Positions 17,074-26,909 of a stretch of 42,524 nt of DNA are shown one piece after another. The DNA lies in NCBI GenBank assembly GCA_001800075.1, contig MGUR01000075.1, positions 34,986-77,509 of the forward strand, given 5' to 3'. The notes under the pieces were generated by a model. The model did no database searches. It had not been told where the DNA came from and saw nothing but the letters and a program-made list of their open reading frames with translations. The stretch's first letter is position 1; every line of letters starts with the position of its first letter. This stretch comes from Elusimicrobia bacterium RIFCSPLOWO2_01_FULL_59_12. Its GTDB lineage: Bacteria > Elusimicrobiota > Elusimicrobia > 2-01-FULL-59-12. The position numbers and the translations under genes are program-made.

Positions 17074-18578
17074 AGGCTCCCCTCAATGCGACGCAAGGCC
17101 GCCAATATCCCCAACAACAAACCTATCCATATGGCACTTCGACTGAAGGTTGGACTGGGACCGGTGATGCAAACCAATGCCAAAGTCTGCAAGCTCACCG
17201 CCGTCCCCCCGAGGAGCGCCTCGTTTTCCGGCATCTGGCGATGGGCCGTCAGGACGCGGAGAGCATCAATTTCCTGTCCTACTTGACGAAAAAACCATGC
17301 GAAGATGGCAAAACCCGTGACGCCGAGATGGAGCAAGATAAAGGCGTAGAAATTGTGAGTATTCGTCTGCCGATAAAGGCGAGGCAGATATTCATAGAGC
17401 TGCCATCGACCCCCCATCCCTACTCCGAACAAAGGATTCTCCCACCACGTCCGTATGGCATTCTTCGTTTCAATCCAGCGGTATTGGAAGGAGTAGCTTT
17501 GCTGCCAATAATCAAAGCTGTGGTATTTCCACGCATGCCACGCCTGGGAGCTGTCCATCTGAAGAAGGGAAGTCCAGATCACTAACGCGCCTCCCAGTGA
17601 CAAGAGAATGGCCCAATACTTGGTTCGGGATTGCGCTTGAGGCGTCCAGCGGAAAAAAAGGAGTCCTAATCCAAAGAGAACTCCCACCTCCCACTCCCTG
17701 ACAAAGGAAAAGAGCAAACAGAATCCCATCAGCGTCAAGCCTATTCCCAGCAGGAACGCTGATGCGATGTTCATGTGGGCATATTGAAGCCGGGCCGTCA
17801 TAAACAGGATGGCGCTTACAAAGAAAAATAGCTCATCCCCAAGGAAGATTCGGACTCCAAACTCCTCCAGGAATCCAATGCCCATAAAATACCGGAAAAC
17901 GCCCATCACGGCGCGAATCAGCAAGAGACCGCCCACCGTTTCAACAAAAAGCCTTAACTGTTTCTGCGAACGCACAATCTTGTAAAACAGCCAACAAACG
18001 AGCGGCACGTAGGATAAAGGTCGGAATTCGTTAATCGCAATGGTTGCTGGAGAATCGTAGTCTAAAAAGCTGTATGTACCCAAGAGAGCGGAGTAAATGA
18101 CGCCACCGATGGCGCAGCCCATAAAAGCAACCAGGGGGACTATAAAGCGACTTTTGGGTAGGAACGCTTCATGATCTTGCGAGCGGATGATCACCACGAC
18201 TACTAACACGAGCAACATCAACTCTAGAGCTGTAAAGTGCGCAAGAGGCAGATGAAGCCTGTAAAAAGGGTGGAATTCGCCGTGTTTGATCTTCTGCGCA
18301 TGGGTCGGAATATCCTCGAGCAAAATGATGATGCCGGTTAAAGAGAGAAGCCCTGTGAGGGGTGAATAAACGCTGATCGCTGCAAAAATCGCAATGGCGA
18401 GAAGACCTAACGTGAAGATCGGTTCGATCGTCTGCACCCGCAGAAATAGGAAACCGGTCACCAGCGCCGTAAGGGCAGAAACAGCCAGCGTGTTGGGGAT
18501 CTTTCCCATCACCCGTTGTGGTGTAGCGTTCCAAGCCCAAAGACGCATTCCTTCCATCATCGGATCAGTTCCGCTCAT
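17058..18578 (-). CDS. Wzy_C-family polytopic membrane protein (O-antigen/EPS polymerase or ligase-like)
   Basis: At least 10 hydrophobic helices. FGVGMGGRW...THNFYAFILLHLGVTGF resembles the Wzy_C (PF04932) core. Alternative ATGs at 18560 and 18557 would remove the 14-nt overlap. Confidence 0.65.
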   Translation of the reverse strand: MSGTDPMMEGMRLWAWNATPQRVMGKIPNTLAVSALTALVTGFLFLRVQTIEPIFTLGLLAIAIFAAISVYSPLTGLLSLTGIIILLEDIPTHAQKIKHGEFHPFYRLHLPLAHFTALELMLLVLVVVVIIRSQDHEAFLPKSRFIVPLVAFMGCAIGGVIYSALLGTYSFLDYDSPATIAINEFRPLSYVPLVCWLFYKIVRSQKQLRLFVETVGGLLLIRAVMGVFRYFMGIGFLEEFGVRIFLGDELFFFVSAILFMTARLQYAHMNIASAFLLGIGLTLMGFCLLFSFVREWEVGVLFGLGLLFFRWTPQAQSRTKYWAILLSLGGALVIWTSLLQMDSSQAWHAWKYHSFDYWQQSYSFQYRWIETKNAIRTWWENPLFGVGMGGRWQLYEYLPRLYRQTNTHNFYAFILLHLGVTGFAIFAWFFRQVGQEIDALRVLTAHRQMPENEALLGGTAVSLQTLALVCITGPSPTFSRSAIWIGLLLGILAALRRIEGSLCRQR

Positions 18579-19485
18579 TTCTTCTACGTTCTACTCGTTG
18601 GGCGATCATTTCAATGGAATCGTGGGTGTTCACGTAAACAAGGAAATCCTTTAAACGGCAGAACGCCAAGATCTGAAGCGCGGTCCGACAAAGAATGGGG
18701 TTGTAATTTTTGAATCGCGATACCCAATAACTCAACGTGAAGTATTTTCCGTAAGCGCTGATCGCGAGCGTCCGAAAACCCGCTTCCGCCAAGGCGGCTT
18801 GGAGGGTCAGGCGTGAAAAATAGAAAATATGCGCCGGCCTCAATCCCCACCATGCACCCTTCATGACCCTGGCAAAGAAACTGTCGACATCCGGGGTCGC
18901 CACATAGGCGATCCCGGTCGGTGCCAAGATACGGCGGATCTCGCGCAACAAACCTTTGGGATCGGCGACATGTTCGATGACATCGGCCAACACAACCACG
19001 TCAAAGGTCGAATCGGGGAACCGCGCTTCCTCCAACGTTCCCGCGAATACCGGAACATTGAATTCGCGGCGCGCGTACTCCGCCGCCCAATGGGAAGGTT
19101 CTACGCCTTCGACTTGCCAGCGGTTTTGCGCGACGTCGAGAAGGATCCCTGTCGCACATCCCACCTCCAGAAGGCGCCCCGAAGGTTTAAAGCGCTCGAT
19201 CGCTCGAAGGCTGCGCAGAGCCGCCCCGCGTCTTCCCTCGATCTCCACCACATAGCTAGCATCTTCCACCGATCGGTAAGCCGCAAGAAGCTCAGTCGCG
19301 TCAAGCCTCGGGTGGGTATAGAGCAGACGGCATCGGAGACATTCCACGACGCGTCCATAGCCGTCGTAGACATCGGTCGTTGCGGCATAGTGACATGAAT
19401 CGAGAACGGTCACGTCATGCTGTTCGCTTTGAAAGCGAACCTCGTAGCGCGCGGATCCGCAGAGGTTGCAGGAAACACCATTCAT
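18565..19485 (-). CDS. Class I SAM-dependent methyltransferase with N-terminal zinc ribbon
   Basis: CNLCGS...CLRCRLLYTHP, motif I LLEVGCATGILL and VVLADVIEHVADP. The architecture matches the MT domain of the 1112-aa protein. ATGA overlap at 19482-19485. Confidence 0.8.
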   Translation of the reverse strand: MNGVSCNLCGSARYEVRFQSEQHDVTVLDSCHYAATTDVYDGYGRVVECLRCRLLYTHPRLDATELLAAYRSVEDASYVVEIEGRRGAALRSLRAIERFKPSGRLLEVGCATGILLDVAQNRWQVEGVEPSHWAAEYARREFNVPVFAGTLEEARFPDSTFDVVVLADVIEHVADPKGLLREIRRILAPTGIAYVATPDVDSFFARVMKGAWWGLRPAHIFYFSRLTLQAALAEAGFRTLAISAYGKYFTLSYWVSRFKNYNPILCRTALQILAFCRLKDFLVYVNTHDSIEMIAQRVERRRNERN

Positions 19486-20954
19486 CGTGACACCCGAAAG
19501 AGATATAAACCAATTTTGGGATAACGCTGAATATCCAGTTGCATGTAGAGTGTGTTCAGAAGCTGGGGATAATAATCACCGGTCTTTAAGTTGTGCGAAA
19601 GGACCAGCCAGGCTCGTTTATAGCGATGCTCCAGAGCTTTGCGCAATTGGGTCTCTTCATCGAGAGTCAGAGGAACGTTTTGTGACAGGGCCATCCGTGG
19701 AAGAGGCCGTTTCGCGTAATAGTTGTAGGGGATCTGACTATGGGGGGCATCAAAGAGCAGGGTGTCTCCGTCCAGCGAGTGACTGGCAACGTATTGCGTG
19801 ACGGCCCGCCAAGGCTCCCGTTGAGAGGCCGGATCAAAATAGTAATGCGCCAAAGAGGTGAATGAAAGAAGGCCAACTAGACCTCCTGCGATCCAGTTCC
19901 AGGGATGAAGCAACCGACAAAGGCCCCAGGCCATCAGCAGACAGAACGGCGGAAGGACCACGCTCAGATGATTCGGCATCAGCCAATTGATTCGGAGGCT
20001 GACCAAAAACGTCAGGACGAAAGGGACGATAATCAAGAAACGCAAACAACGACCATAAACCCCACGTGCGTTCAACTGCTTCCAACCACTCAGGATCAAC
20101 GGCAGAATAAAGAGGATGAATGGAGTCTTGACTAAGAGTCTTCCCCACGCATCCGTGGGTTCAATCGGGGCACCAAAGCCGCGCAGGGAGAAAGTGAAGC
20201 CGTGCGCAAAGTTAAAAAGGATTGTGCCAACCATCCACATCAAATCTCGAAGGGGCAAGGGTTTCTCAATTCCGAGTTGGTGGGAAGAGGCCCAGAAGTA
20301 AAGATATTCACGGAAGGAGAGAAACACGTACGGCATCAGGCAGAGAGCCAGGAACCCCTGGGTTTTTAGCCACGTTCTCCAGAGTGGCCGGAACGCCCGT
20401 GCATGAAAGAGCATGAAGACGTTCAGCGCGACAATCGAGAGCGCTGCTACGGATTGAACGTAGGTGCCGATGACAAGCAATCCCGTGGCGATCCACACGT
20501 CTCGTGATTGTCCTGACTGGAGCCAGCGTGTAAAATACAGGAGAGCGGCAGTTAATACGACTATCACGATCGCATAGGGACGCGCCTCCTGAGAGAAATA
20601 AATGTGAAACGGCGAAATCGTGAGCAACAGAGCGGCAACCATTCCGGTCGCTGCATCAAAGAGCCGTCGGCCGAGAAGAAACATCAAGGGGATGGTAAGC
20701 GTTCCGGCCAGAGCGGATGGAAAACGCATCATCCATTCGCCAGTGCCTGAAATAGGGAGTACGTGCAGGAGAAGAAAATAGAGCGGCGGATAGACCGGAT
20801 GTAGGGGTGAAAAAATGATCTCAGACGCCAGCTGCCGAGATTGGATGACCGTCGCCACCTCGTCATACCAGAAACTAAAATGAGACAGATAGAAGAATCG
20901 AAGTGCCGCACCGGCACCTATCAGGAGGAAGAGAATGACCCCTTCGCGCTTCAT
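19482..20954 (-). CDS. GT-C fold glycosyltransferase, ArnT/PMT-like (GT39/GT83-type, PMT_2)
   Basis: FSFWYDEVATV...HPVYPPLYFLLLH...RFPSALAGTLTIPLMFLLGRRL...SQEARPYA is the characteristic N-terminal pattern. The protein is polytopic. I placed the start at ATG 20954, which makes an ATGA overlap with the upstream stop. Confidence 0.8.
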   Translation of the reverse strand: MKREGVILFLLIGAGAALRFFYLSHFSFWYDEVATVIQSRQLASEIIFSPLHPVYPPLYFLLLHVLPISGTGEWMMRFPSALAGTLTIPLMFLLGRRLFDAATGMVAALLLTISPFHIYFSQEARPYAIVIVVLTAALLYFTRWLQSGQSRDVWIATGLLVIGTYVQSVAALSIVALNVFMLFHARAFRPLWRTWLKTQGFLALCLMPYVFLSFREYLYFWASSHQLGIEKPLPLRDLMWMVGTILFNFAHGFTFSLRGFGAPIEPTDAWGRLLVKTPFILFILPLILSGWKQLNARGVYGRCLRFLIIVPFVLTFLVSLRINWLMPNHLSVVLPPFCLLMAWGLCRLLHPWNWIAGGLVGLLSFTSLAHYYFDPASQREPWRAVTQYVASHSLDGDTLLFDAPHSQIPYNYYAKRPLPRMALSQNVPLTLDEETQLRKALEHRYKRAWLVLSHNLKTGDYYPQLLNTLYMQLDIQRYPKIGLYLFRVSR

Positions 20955-23284
20955 TCGGTCTCTCGCGCTTGCTGAACACGCCGAGACCATGTCCATACCT
21001 CGTCATCGCGGGGATCCAATACATGCCAGGTTGAGAACTCTGCCTGCGCGCCGGCGTAGTCATGGCCCCAATACAGCATCTGACCGTAATATTTGTGAAA
21101 TGAGACGTTCCTCGGACTAAGCCCCAGGGCTCGTTGCACGGCTTGTATCCCTCGTTCTCGCTCGTCGAGTCCGTAGAAAAGATAATCTCCAAGCTGAAAG
21201 TGAAGGAAAGCGTCATCGGGGGTTTGACGGAGGCGCTGTTCTGAAAGTTTCACCGCTTCCCGGAATGCCGCCTTGGCCTCTTGCTTGCTTCCTTGATCTT
21301 TCAACACATAGGCCCAGGCTCCCATAAGACTAGGATCGTTTGCAACCCATAGGCTTAAAAGCTTTCTTCCGTTTCCTCTTCGCGCGCATTGGGCCAAAAG
21401 GTCCCGCCCCTCCGAAGGGTTCAATCGGTACGCCTCTTTAAAAGAGCCGTCTGCGAGTTCGCCCAAAAGGTAGCGGGCGGCATCTGAGGGATTGTTTAGC
21501 AACCTGTAAAAGCCCCATTGAGCGAAAGAACGGTAAATAAAGGGATCTTTAGGCGCGCAGGCGATGGCGCGTCGAAAGGCGCTGATGGCCGCCGCAATAT
21601 TTCCTAGATTGCCGTAGGTCCAGGCCAACCCTTGCCATGAGGCAGCCAGATAGGAATTGACACGGATCGCCTCACGATATTGGTCTGCCGCTTTGTGCAG
21701 CCACTCCCCTGCTTCCAACGGATGGTGCTGCGCCAACAGAACATAGTGACCCGCTAAAACTTGGTGGTATAAAGGATTCGACCGCTGGAGGGAAATGGCT
21801 TTCTCAAGGTAAATCTGGCGTTGCTCCAGAGGAAGGGTATGCGTTTTCACCTCGAAATACGCCGCGAGCCCCGGCTGGAGGACCAGGAAGACCAAACCGA
21901 CCAGGGCGGCACACGTCCCTCCGAGACGGATAGCCCATTGACCTACCTGGGAGCCCCGGACGAGTGGGATCCAGGTCCGACGGCTTAGAGAGCCCGGATG
22001 AACGCCGGGCATCTCCAGGGCGTTTTGTGTAAGGGCTATGACCGTCAAGAACAAGAAGAGGATAAACGGGATACGCAAGCTGAACTCCACAAAACCATGG
22101 GAGGCCATCGCCGCCATGGAGGCCAAACCGGCGGCTCCCAGGCTGTGGAGGAATACGTCTTGTCGACGACTGAGGAACTGCTGCATCCTCCAGAACCAAA
22201 ACAAAACAGGCGCCAGTATCCCTCCGAAGCCGATGAAGCCTGCTTCGGACAACCATTCCAGATACTCGTTATGAGCATGTGTCACCGAAAATGGAAAGGC
22301 GGCGATTTGATGGACCGGAAATTGTGTGGCAAACGCTCCCAGGCCTACGCCAAAGAGGGGACAATTCCCGATCATTCGGTAAGCCGCTTGCCAGATCTGC
22401 AAACGCCATCGGACACTTCCGACGCTTTGAATAGTCTCAAACGGCAACACGTCCTTATTGATCCATACCCAAGTCAAAGCCAAGACCCCGGCCAGAATAA
22501 TGAGACTGACAGAGATTTTAAAAAAGGCGCCGTAGCGGACCGGCTGAGTTTTCCAGAGAAACATCCAGCCTACACCTGCCGCAGCCGTGAGGCTGCCGGC
22601 TCTTGAACCGCACATCCAAAGGGCCCAGCCCATAAAAATCCACAAAACAGCGCCGAAAGCCTTTTTTGCCCCCTGCTCCTGAGTCCATGTGGCCCACCCT
22701 AAGGGAAGCAACATTCCCATCGCGCTTGCGAAATGGTCTCTGTTCACAAACGGCCCAAAAAAGTGCGGGGCCCGCGTCAGGCTCAAGTGGCGAACCCAGT
22801 AGATTTTTTCCGTACCGCTGAACTGCTGGGCGAGCCCCAGGAAGGCCAGGCTAAATCCAAGGATCAAGAGGCCCCAGAGGAAACGCCGGAGCGCTTCTGG
22901 GGTCTGGAGACTATGCAGCATCAAGAGGAAATAGAGGCCGCCAGCTCCGTAAAGAACGAGCATGTCCACCGTGGCTTGGCGGTCTGTACTGGCGGCACGG
23001 TTCGAGAGAAGCTGAGCGGCCCCAAGAACCCCTAGAACCATCCACAACACCAGTAAGGGTGAACCGCGGATGGCCAAGGAATCCTGCCCAGAGGGCCTGC
23101 AGAGAACTGCGACCGTCAACAAGAGCACGCCCCCCTCCAAAACCCGTAGCGCCCAAAATTCCACCCCTCCAAAGGCCAATGCTGAAAACGCGAGCAGTAA
23201 AAAAAGAGGAGTGGGAAACCCGCGCGTACAACGCGGTATATGGGCCGCGGGTCTAAACGGAGAGCGGACTGGGTCGCCGTACAT
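20951..23284 (-). CDS. Wzy_C-family (O-antigen ligase-like) membrane protein with C-terminal TPR domain
   Basis: FGVGLGAFATQF...THAHNEYLEWLSEAGFIGF is the O-antigen-ligase-type motif. The last roughly 330 aa are TPR-like (SWQGLAWTYGNLGNIAAAISAFRRAIACAPKD and others). The start is uncertain. All in-frame ATGs (23344, 23338, 23299, 23284) overlap the end of the kinase gene, and I took 23284 (GGGAAG upstream). Confidence 0.7.
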   Translation of the reverse strand: MYGDPVRSPFRPAAHIPRCTRGFPTPLFLLLAFSALAFGGVEFWALRVLEGGVLLLTVAVLCRPSGQDSLAIRGSPLLVLWMVLGVLGAAQLLSNRAASTDRQATVDMLVLYGAGGLYFLLMLHSLQTPEALRRFLWGLLILGFSLAFLGLAQQFSGTEKIYWVRHLSLTRAPHFFGPFVNRDHFASAMGMLLPLGWATWTQEQGAKKAFGAVLWIFMGWALWMCGSRAGSLTAAAGVGWMFLWKTQPVRYGAFFKISVSLIILAGVLALTWVWINKDVLPFETIQSVGSVRWRLQIWQAAYRMIGNCPLFGVGLGAFATQFPVHQIAAFPFSVTHAHNEYLEWLSEAGFIGFGGILAPVLFWFWRMQQFLSRRQDVFLHSLGAAGLASMAAMASHGFVEFSLRIPFILFLFLTVIALTQNALEMPGVHPGSLSRRTWIPLVRGSQVGQWAIRLGGTCAALVGLVFLVLQPGLAAYFEVKTHTLPLEQRQIYLEKAISLQRSNPLYHQVLAGHYVLLAQHHPLEAGEWLHKAADQYREAIRVNSYLAASWQGLAWTYGNLGNIAAAISAFRRAIACAPKDPFIYRSFAQWGFYRLLNNPSDAARYLLGELADGSFKEAYRLNPSEGRDLLAQCARRGNGRKLLSLWVANDPSLMGAWAYVLKDQGSKQEAKAAFREAVKLSEQRLRQTPDDAFLHFQLGDYLFYGLDERERGIQAVQRALGLSPRNVSFHKYYGQMLYWGHDYAGAQAEFSTWHVLDPRDDEVWTWSRRVQQARETE

Positions 23285-25043
23285 CCGACTTCCCGCCATT
23301 GCCGCGGTGACTGTAGGGACTGTAGTAGCCACACCCATATCCATAAGGTGAATACGTGCCTGGGGTCGCTTGGAAATCGTTGATTACCACTCCCAAAAGC
23401 GGCGTGTTCGTTTCTTGAAACCTCTCCACGTGACGCTTGGCGATCGGGGGATGCGTTTTTCCATAGCGCACGACCATCAAGACGCCATCCATTTGTGGAG
23501 CCAAAATCATGGCGTCGGTGACGTAGCTCAGCGGAGGGGTGTCGAAAATCACTAGATCAAACTGCGATGTCATCTCCGCAAGCACCCCTCCCATCCTCTT
23601 GGAGCCCAGAATCTCTGCAGGATGAGGGCAATTGAAACCTGCAGGAACCAGGGAAACGTTTTTTACGGACGTCTCTTGAACAACCGCACCCAAAGGCGCC
23701 TCGCCCGCCAGGAGATCTTGAAAACCCAGGTTGTGATCGGGTTTTCCCCACACGGCGCCTAATTGCGGCCGGCGAAGATCGGCGTCCACCAAGAGAATGC
23801 GCAAGCCGCCTGCGGCCAGTATGATGGCCAGATTGGAAGAAAAGAGCGTTTTCCCTTCCTTGACTCCCGCGCTGGTGACTAGAAGAGTCTTGGGGGAGCG
23901 TGTCTTGGCCATTTGAAGGAGACGCGTTCGTACGCCACGAAAGGCCTCGGTGACAGGAGACTCTGGCGCCTCCCGGGAATAGAGATATCCCTTCAAGGAG
24001 TCTTTTTTACCCAGCTTGATCGAAGGTATGTATCCGAAGAAAGGAACTTCAAGGAACTTCTCCACGTCCTCCTGGGTTTTAATCGTTGTATCCCAGTAAT
24101 TCACTAGCAAGGCCAATCCCCATCCTCCAAAAAGTCCCAAGAACGATGCCATCAACAGATTCATCCATAAAATAGGACGAACCGGCTTCAAAGGCACCTC
24201 CGCTGGGTCTACCACGCGGATGTTGTTTCCCTTGAATTGTCCGGAGACTTGCGTTTTCAGACTCTGCAATATGTGCTGGGTTTCCGTTTGGATTTGCGCC
24301 TGCAGGGATTGACGTTGTGCCATAACACGCTGCAGACTGGGATGCTTTGGTTTGTACCGATGGGCCAGATCGGCGTATTTGATCTCCACATCGGCCAGAT
24401 TTATCTTCAGTCTTTGAATCAATTCATTATTGACGACCGATGGCAGAGCATCCACGAATTCATGATGGGCGGACAATATTTCAAACCGTTTGTAAGCAGC
24501 TTGAACTCCTCCGCTCCCATCAGTGCTTGGAAGAATTCCGGACAATTCGCGCGAAATGAAAAAGCGGTTTTCAACATTCTGCTGGATATAAGCCTCGGCG
24601 AGTGCATTGGCCATCCGAGCCGCCAAGACGGCATCGGGAAATTCCACATGAATGTTGACGAGACGGCTGTTACGAACAGGTTCTATACGAACCGTTTTCT
24701 CAAAGCGGGCGAGCGGATCCGGTCCTTGGCGAAAGAAGGGGTGTTCCTCGAGACGAACGGTGGCCATGGTCCTGCGAGCCAGGGAACGACTTTGAAGAAT
24801 TTGATACTGCGTCTGATAATAATCGTCTTGCGCGCTGTCGACCGAGACTTCTTCGCGAAACGCAAATTGTTGATTAGCCTCTTTTTCAATTAAGAGCACT
24901 GTCGTAGCCCGATAAACCGGCTGCATACGCAGCGTCCCCAGCAATACGACACAGAGCAGTGTAAAAAGGAAAGTCAACATGACACCTTTGCGGTGCCAGA
25001 GGATTTGAAGGGACTCTCGTAGCGGGATCGTATCGGCGTTCAA
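23253..25043 (-). CDS. Polysaccharide co-polymerase / bacterial tyrosine autokinase (PCP-2a, Wzc/GumC-like)
   Basis: It has an N-terminal Wzz-type TM plus periplasmic coiled region, then a second TM. Walker A is TSAGVKEGKT, Walker A' is LLVDADLRRP and Walker B is LVIFDTPP. The C-terminal Tyr cluster is YSPYGYGCGYYSPY. TTG start in a TTGA overlap. Confidence 0.85.
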   Translation of the reverse strand: MNADTIPLRESLQILWHRKGVMLTFLFTLLCVVLLGTLRMQPVYRATTVLLIEKEANQQFAFREEVSVDSAQDDYYQTQYQILQSRSLARRTMATVRLEEHPFFRQGPDPLARFEKTVRIEPVRNSRLVNIHVEFPDAVLAARMANALAEAYIQQNVENRFFISRELSGILPSTDGSGGVQAAYKRFEILSAHHEFVDALPSVVNNELIQRLKINLADVEIKYADLAHRYKPKHPSLQRVMAQRQSLQAQIQTETQHILQSLKTQVSGQFKGNNIRVVDPAEVPLKPVRPILWMNLLMASFLGLFGGWGLALLVNYWDTTIKTQEDVEKFLEVPFFGYIPSIKLGKKDSLKGYLYSREAPESPVTEAFRGVRTRLLQMAKTRSPKTLLVTSAGVKEGKTLFSSNLAIILAAGGLRILLVDADLRRPQLGAVWGKPDHNLGFQDLLAGEAPLGAVVQETSVKNVSLVPAGFNCPHPAEILGSKRMGGVLAEMTSQFDLVIFDTPPLSYVTDAMILAPQMDGVLMVVRYGKTHPPIAKRHVERFQETNTPLLGVVINDFQATPGTYSPYGYGCGYYSPYSHRGNGGKSDVRRPSPLSV

Positions 25044-25723
25044 AAGAAGACTTCAGGCACAAAAATAATGTCGTTAGGGAGAACGGGGATATCTTTCATG
25101 CGATCTCCGTGATGGGTGATGTCCGATACCTTGACCGTGATGCGCTCCGTGAGACCATCGCGTATCCGTATCACACAGGTCCGATCCAGCGCAGCGAGCT
25201 CTGTGAATCCTCCCGCCTGTGAGATTGCCTCCACGACGGTGAGCCGCTTATCCATGGGCAAAGGGTAAGAGGCGGGATGGTGAACCTGGCCGAGGATAAA
25301 GATCCGTTTATCCTGGTATTCCTTCACAAAAATACTCACCTGGGGGTCGATCAGGTAATCTTCGCCGAGCAATTGAGCCAACATGCTCTCCGCTTCCGCC
25401 ACTGTTCTGCCGGCGACCTTGACGGAACCGACCAATGGGAGAGTGATAGAACCACTGTCGGAGACCCTGACTTCACGCCGCAGATCATCCTCTTGATAGA
25501 CGCGTACCTCTAAAAGATCCTGTGGATTAATGGGCGCATCCTGTACTTTCAACTCTTTTAACGCGCGCTGAAGGTCCTGTTCCGCCCGCGGGGAAACTGT
25601 CTGGCGAGCGGCTGATGGGTCAAGAACCGCCGTCTGCATGACGAGCGATTGAATTTCAGTGGAAGCCCCCGTCAGCGGCGCAACAAGGCAAAACATCATA
25701 AGGATAAGGGAGGGCTTCCTCAC
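25040..25723 (-). CDS. Short outer-membrane polysaccharide export (OPX) protein, Poly_export plus one SLBB domain
   Basis: Signal peptide, then LEVRVYQEDDLRREVRVSDSGSITLPLVGSVKVAGRTVAEAE (PES/Poly_export motif) and FILGQV...LTVVEAISQAGG (SLBB). At 227 aa it has no C-terminal amphipathic helix region. GTGA overlap. Confidence 0.8.
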   Translation of the reverse strand: MRKPSLILMMFCLVAPLTGASTEIQSLVMQTAVLDPSAARQTVSPRAEQDLQRALKELKVQDAPINPQDLLEVRVYQEDDLRREVRVSDSGSITLPLVGSVKVAGRTVAEAESMLAQLLGEDYLIDPQVSIFVKEYQDKRIFILGQVHHPASYPLPMDKRLTVVEAISQAGGFTELAALDRTCVIRIRDGLTERITVKVSDITHHGDRMKDIPVLPNDIIFVPEVFF

Positions 25724-26898
25724 AAAGAGGCCTTGATGGTCAACGCCACGAGGTTATCGCGGTATTCGAACTGGCTGAAATTGGAGGCGCGCTGCCGCCT
25801 CTGATAATGGAGGTCCGCATGGAGCCATTTTTGGAGCGCGTAGTCTATTCCGACATTCACACGCCAAAGACGGTCGCTGCGTTGGTCGGTGATCCCGCTC
25901 TCGGTCCGCGGCTGAGGGTATCCAGCGAGCGTTATATCTCCATCGAGATGGGCACGCCATTTTAGAGCCACTTGGCGCGATAGATTGGATCCGAAGCGTG
26001 TGCTTCGGTAGAACAGGTTGTTTTCAAAAACCGATTCGACGACGCTGCGCTCACCGATGAACTCTACCTCGGTCGATGCATCGGGGCGATAAGCCGCGTT
26101 CAAAGTGGCGACAGTGGTCTTCGCCTTATTTCCTGTGGCCAGGTATTGGCGATACTGGCCTCCCATTTTGAAAATCAGTTTGATCTTTGGCGTGATCTGT
26201 CCCTGAACGCCTCCTTGGAATTGATCGTATTTCGAATCTTTCCCATTGGATGACGTGTCATACGTGAGCCCGCCCCGATCGTATTCAAGGAAGGTCTGGA
26301 CTTTCGGCCGCACGTGATAGTTGAGGTTGACGATCGCTAAGCGTTCACTGCGGTCCAGCAAGGGCCGGAGAGTGGCATCCTCGTATGACGTCGAATAGAA
26401 TGAGTAGCCCGCTCCCAACCCCATATGATGGCCCAAGGGGGTCGAGCCCAGCGCCTGTGCCGTATTTTGGCGGTAGTTCACACGGCCCGTCAATTCGCTG
26501 ATGGGTGGGTCCGATGAGACTTGATACTGATCGCTGAGGGTCATCGCCGGCCCCTGCCGGGACCGAAGATTCAATTGGCTAAGCAAAGAATGATGGATCG
26601 AATTGTATTGGCTCGAGTTCTTGCTGTATCGAAGGATGTCCGAGCGATAGTCCAATACGGCAGAACTTTCGCCCATGGGCAAGGTCGCTTTAAGACCTGG
26701 GGAAATGACGCCTATATAGGAGCTGATCGTATTGCTTGAGGTTAAAAGCACGTTGTCGTCATAGCGATTTTCAAGGCTCAGGGAAGGCGACACTTTCAGA
26801 GCCCCTGTCCGCATCTCAGCATAACCGCCTGAAGAGATGAAAATGCACGACAGCCATCCAAGGGTGAAGAAATGTATTGACTTTATCCGCATGCGCAT
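25720..26898 (-). CDS. Outer-membrane beta-barrel protein of the polysaccharide export module
   Basis: Signal peptide (FFTLGWLSCIFISSGGYA). Alternating hydrophobic/polar beta-strand pattern with many Y/G/S/N/R residues throughout. GGAGGAA RBS in the 11-nt gap upstream. The function is inferred from position next to OPX/PCP. Confidence 0.55.
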   Translation of the reverse strand: MRMRIKSIHFFTLGWLSCIFISSGGYAEMRTGALKVSPSLSLENRYDDNVLLTSSNTISSYIGVISPGLKATLPMGESSAVLDYRSDILRYSKNSSQYNSIHHSLLSQLNLRSRQGPAMTLSDQYQVSSDPPISELTGRVNYRQNTAQALGSTPLGHHMGLGAGYSFYSTSYEDATLRPLLDRSERLAIVNLNYHVRPKVQTFLEYDRGGLTYDTSSNGKDSKYDQFQGGVQGQITPKIKLIFKMGGQYRQYLATGNKAKTTVATLNAAYRPDASTEVEFIGERSVVESVFENNLFYRSTRFGSNLSRQVALKWRAHLDGDITLAGYPQPRTESGITDQRSDRLWRVNVGIDYALQKWLHADLHYQRRQRASNFSQFEYRDNLVALTIKASL

Positions 26899-26909
26899 TC
26901 GATTCCTCC

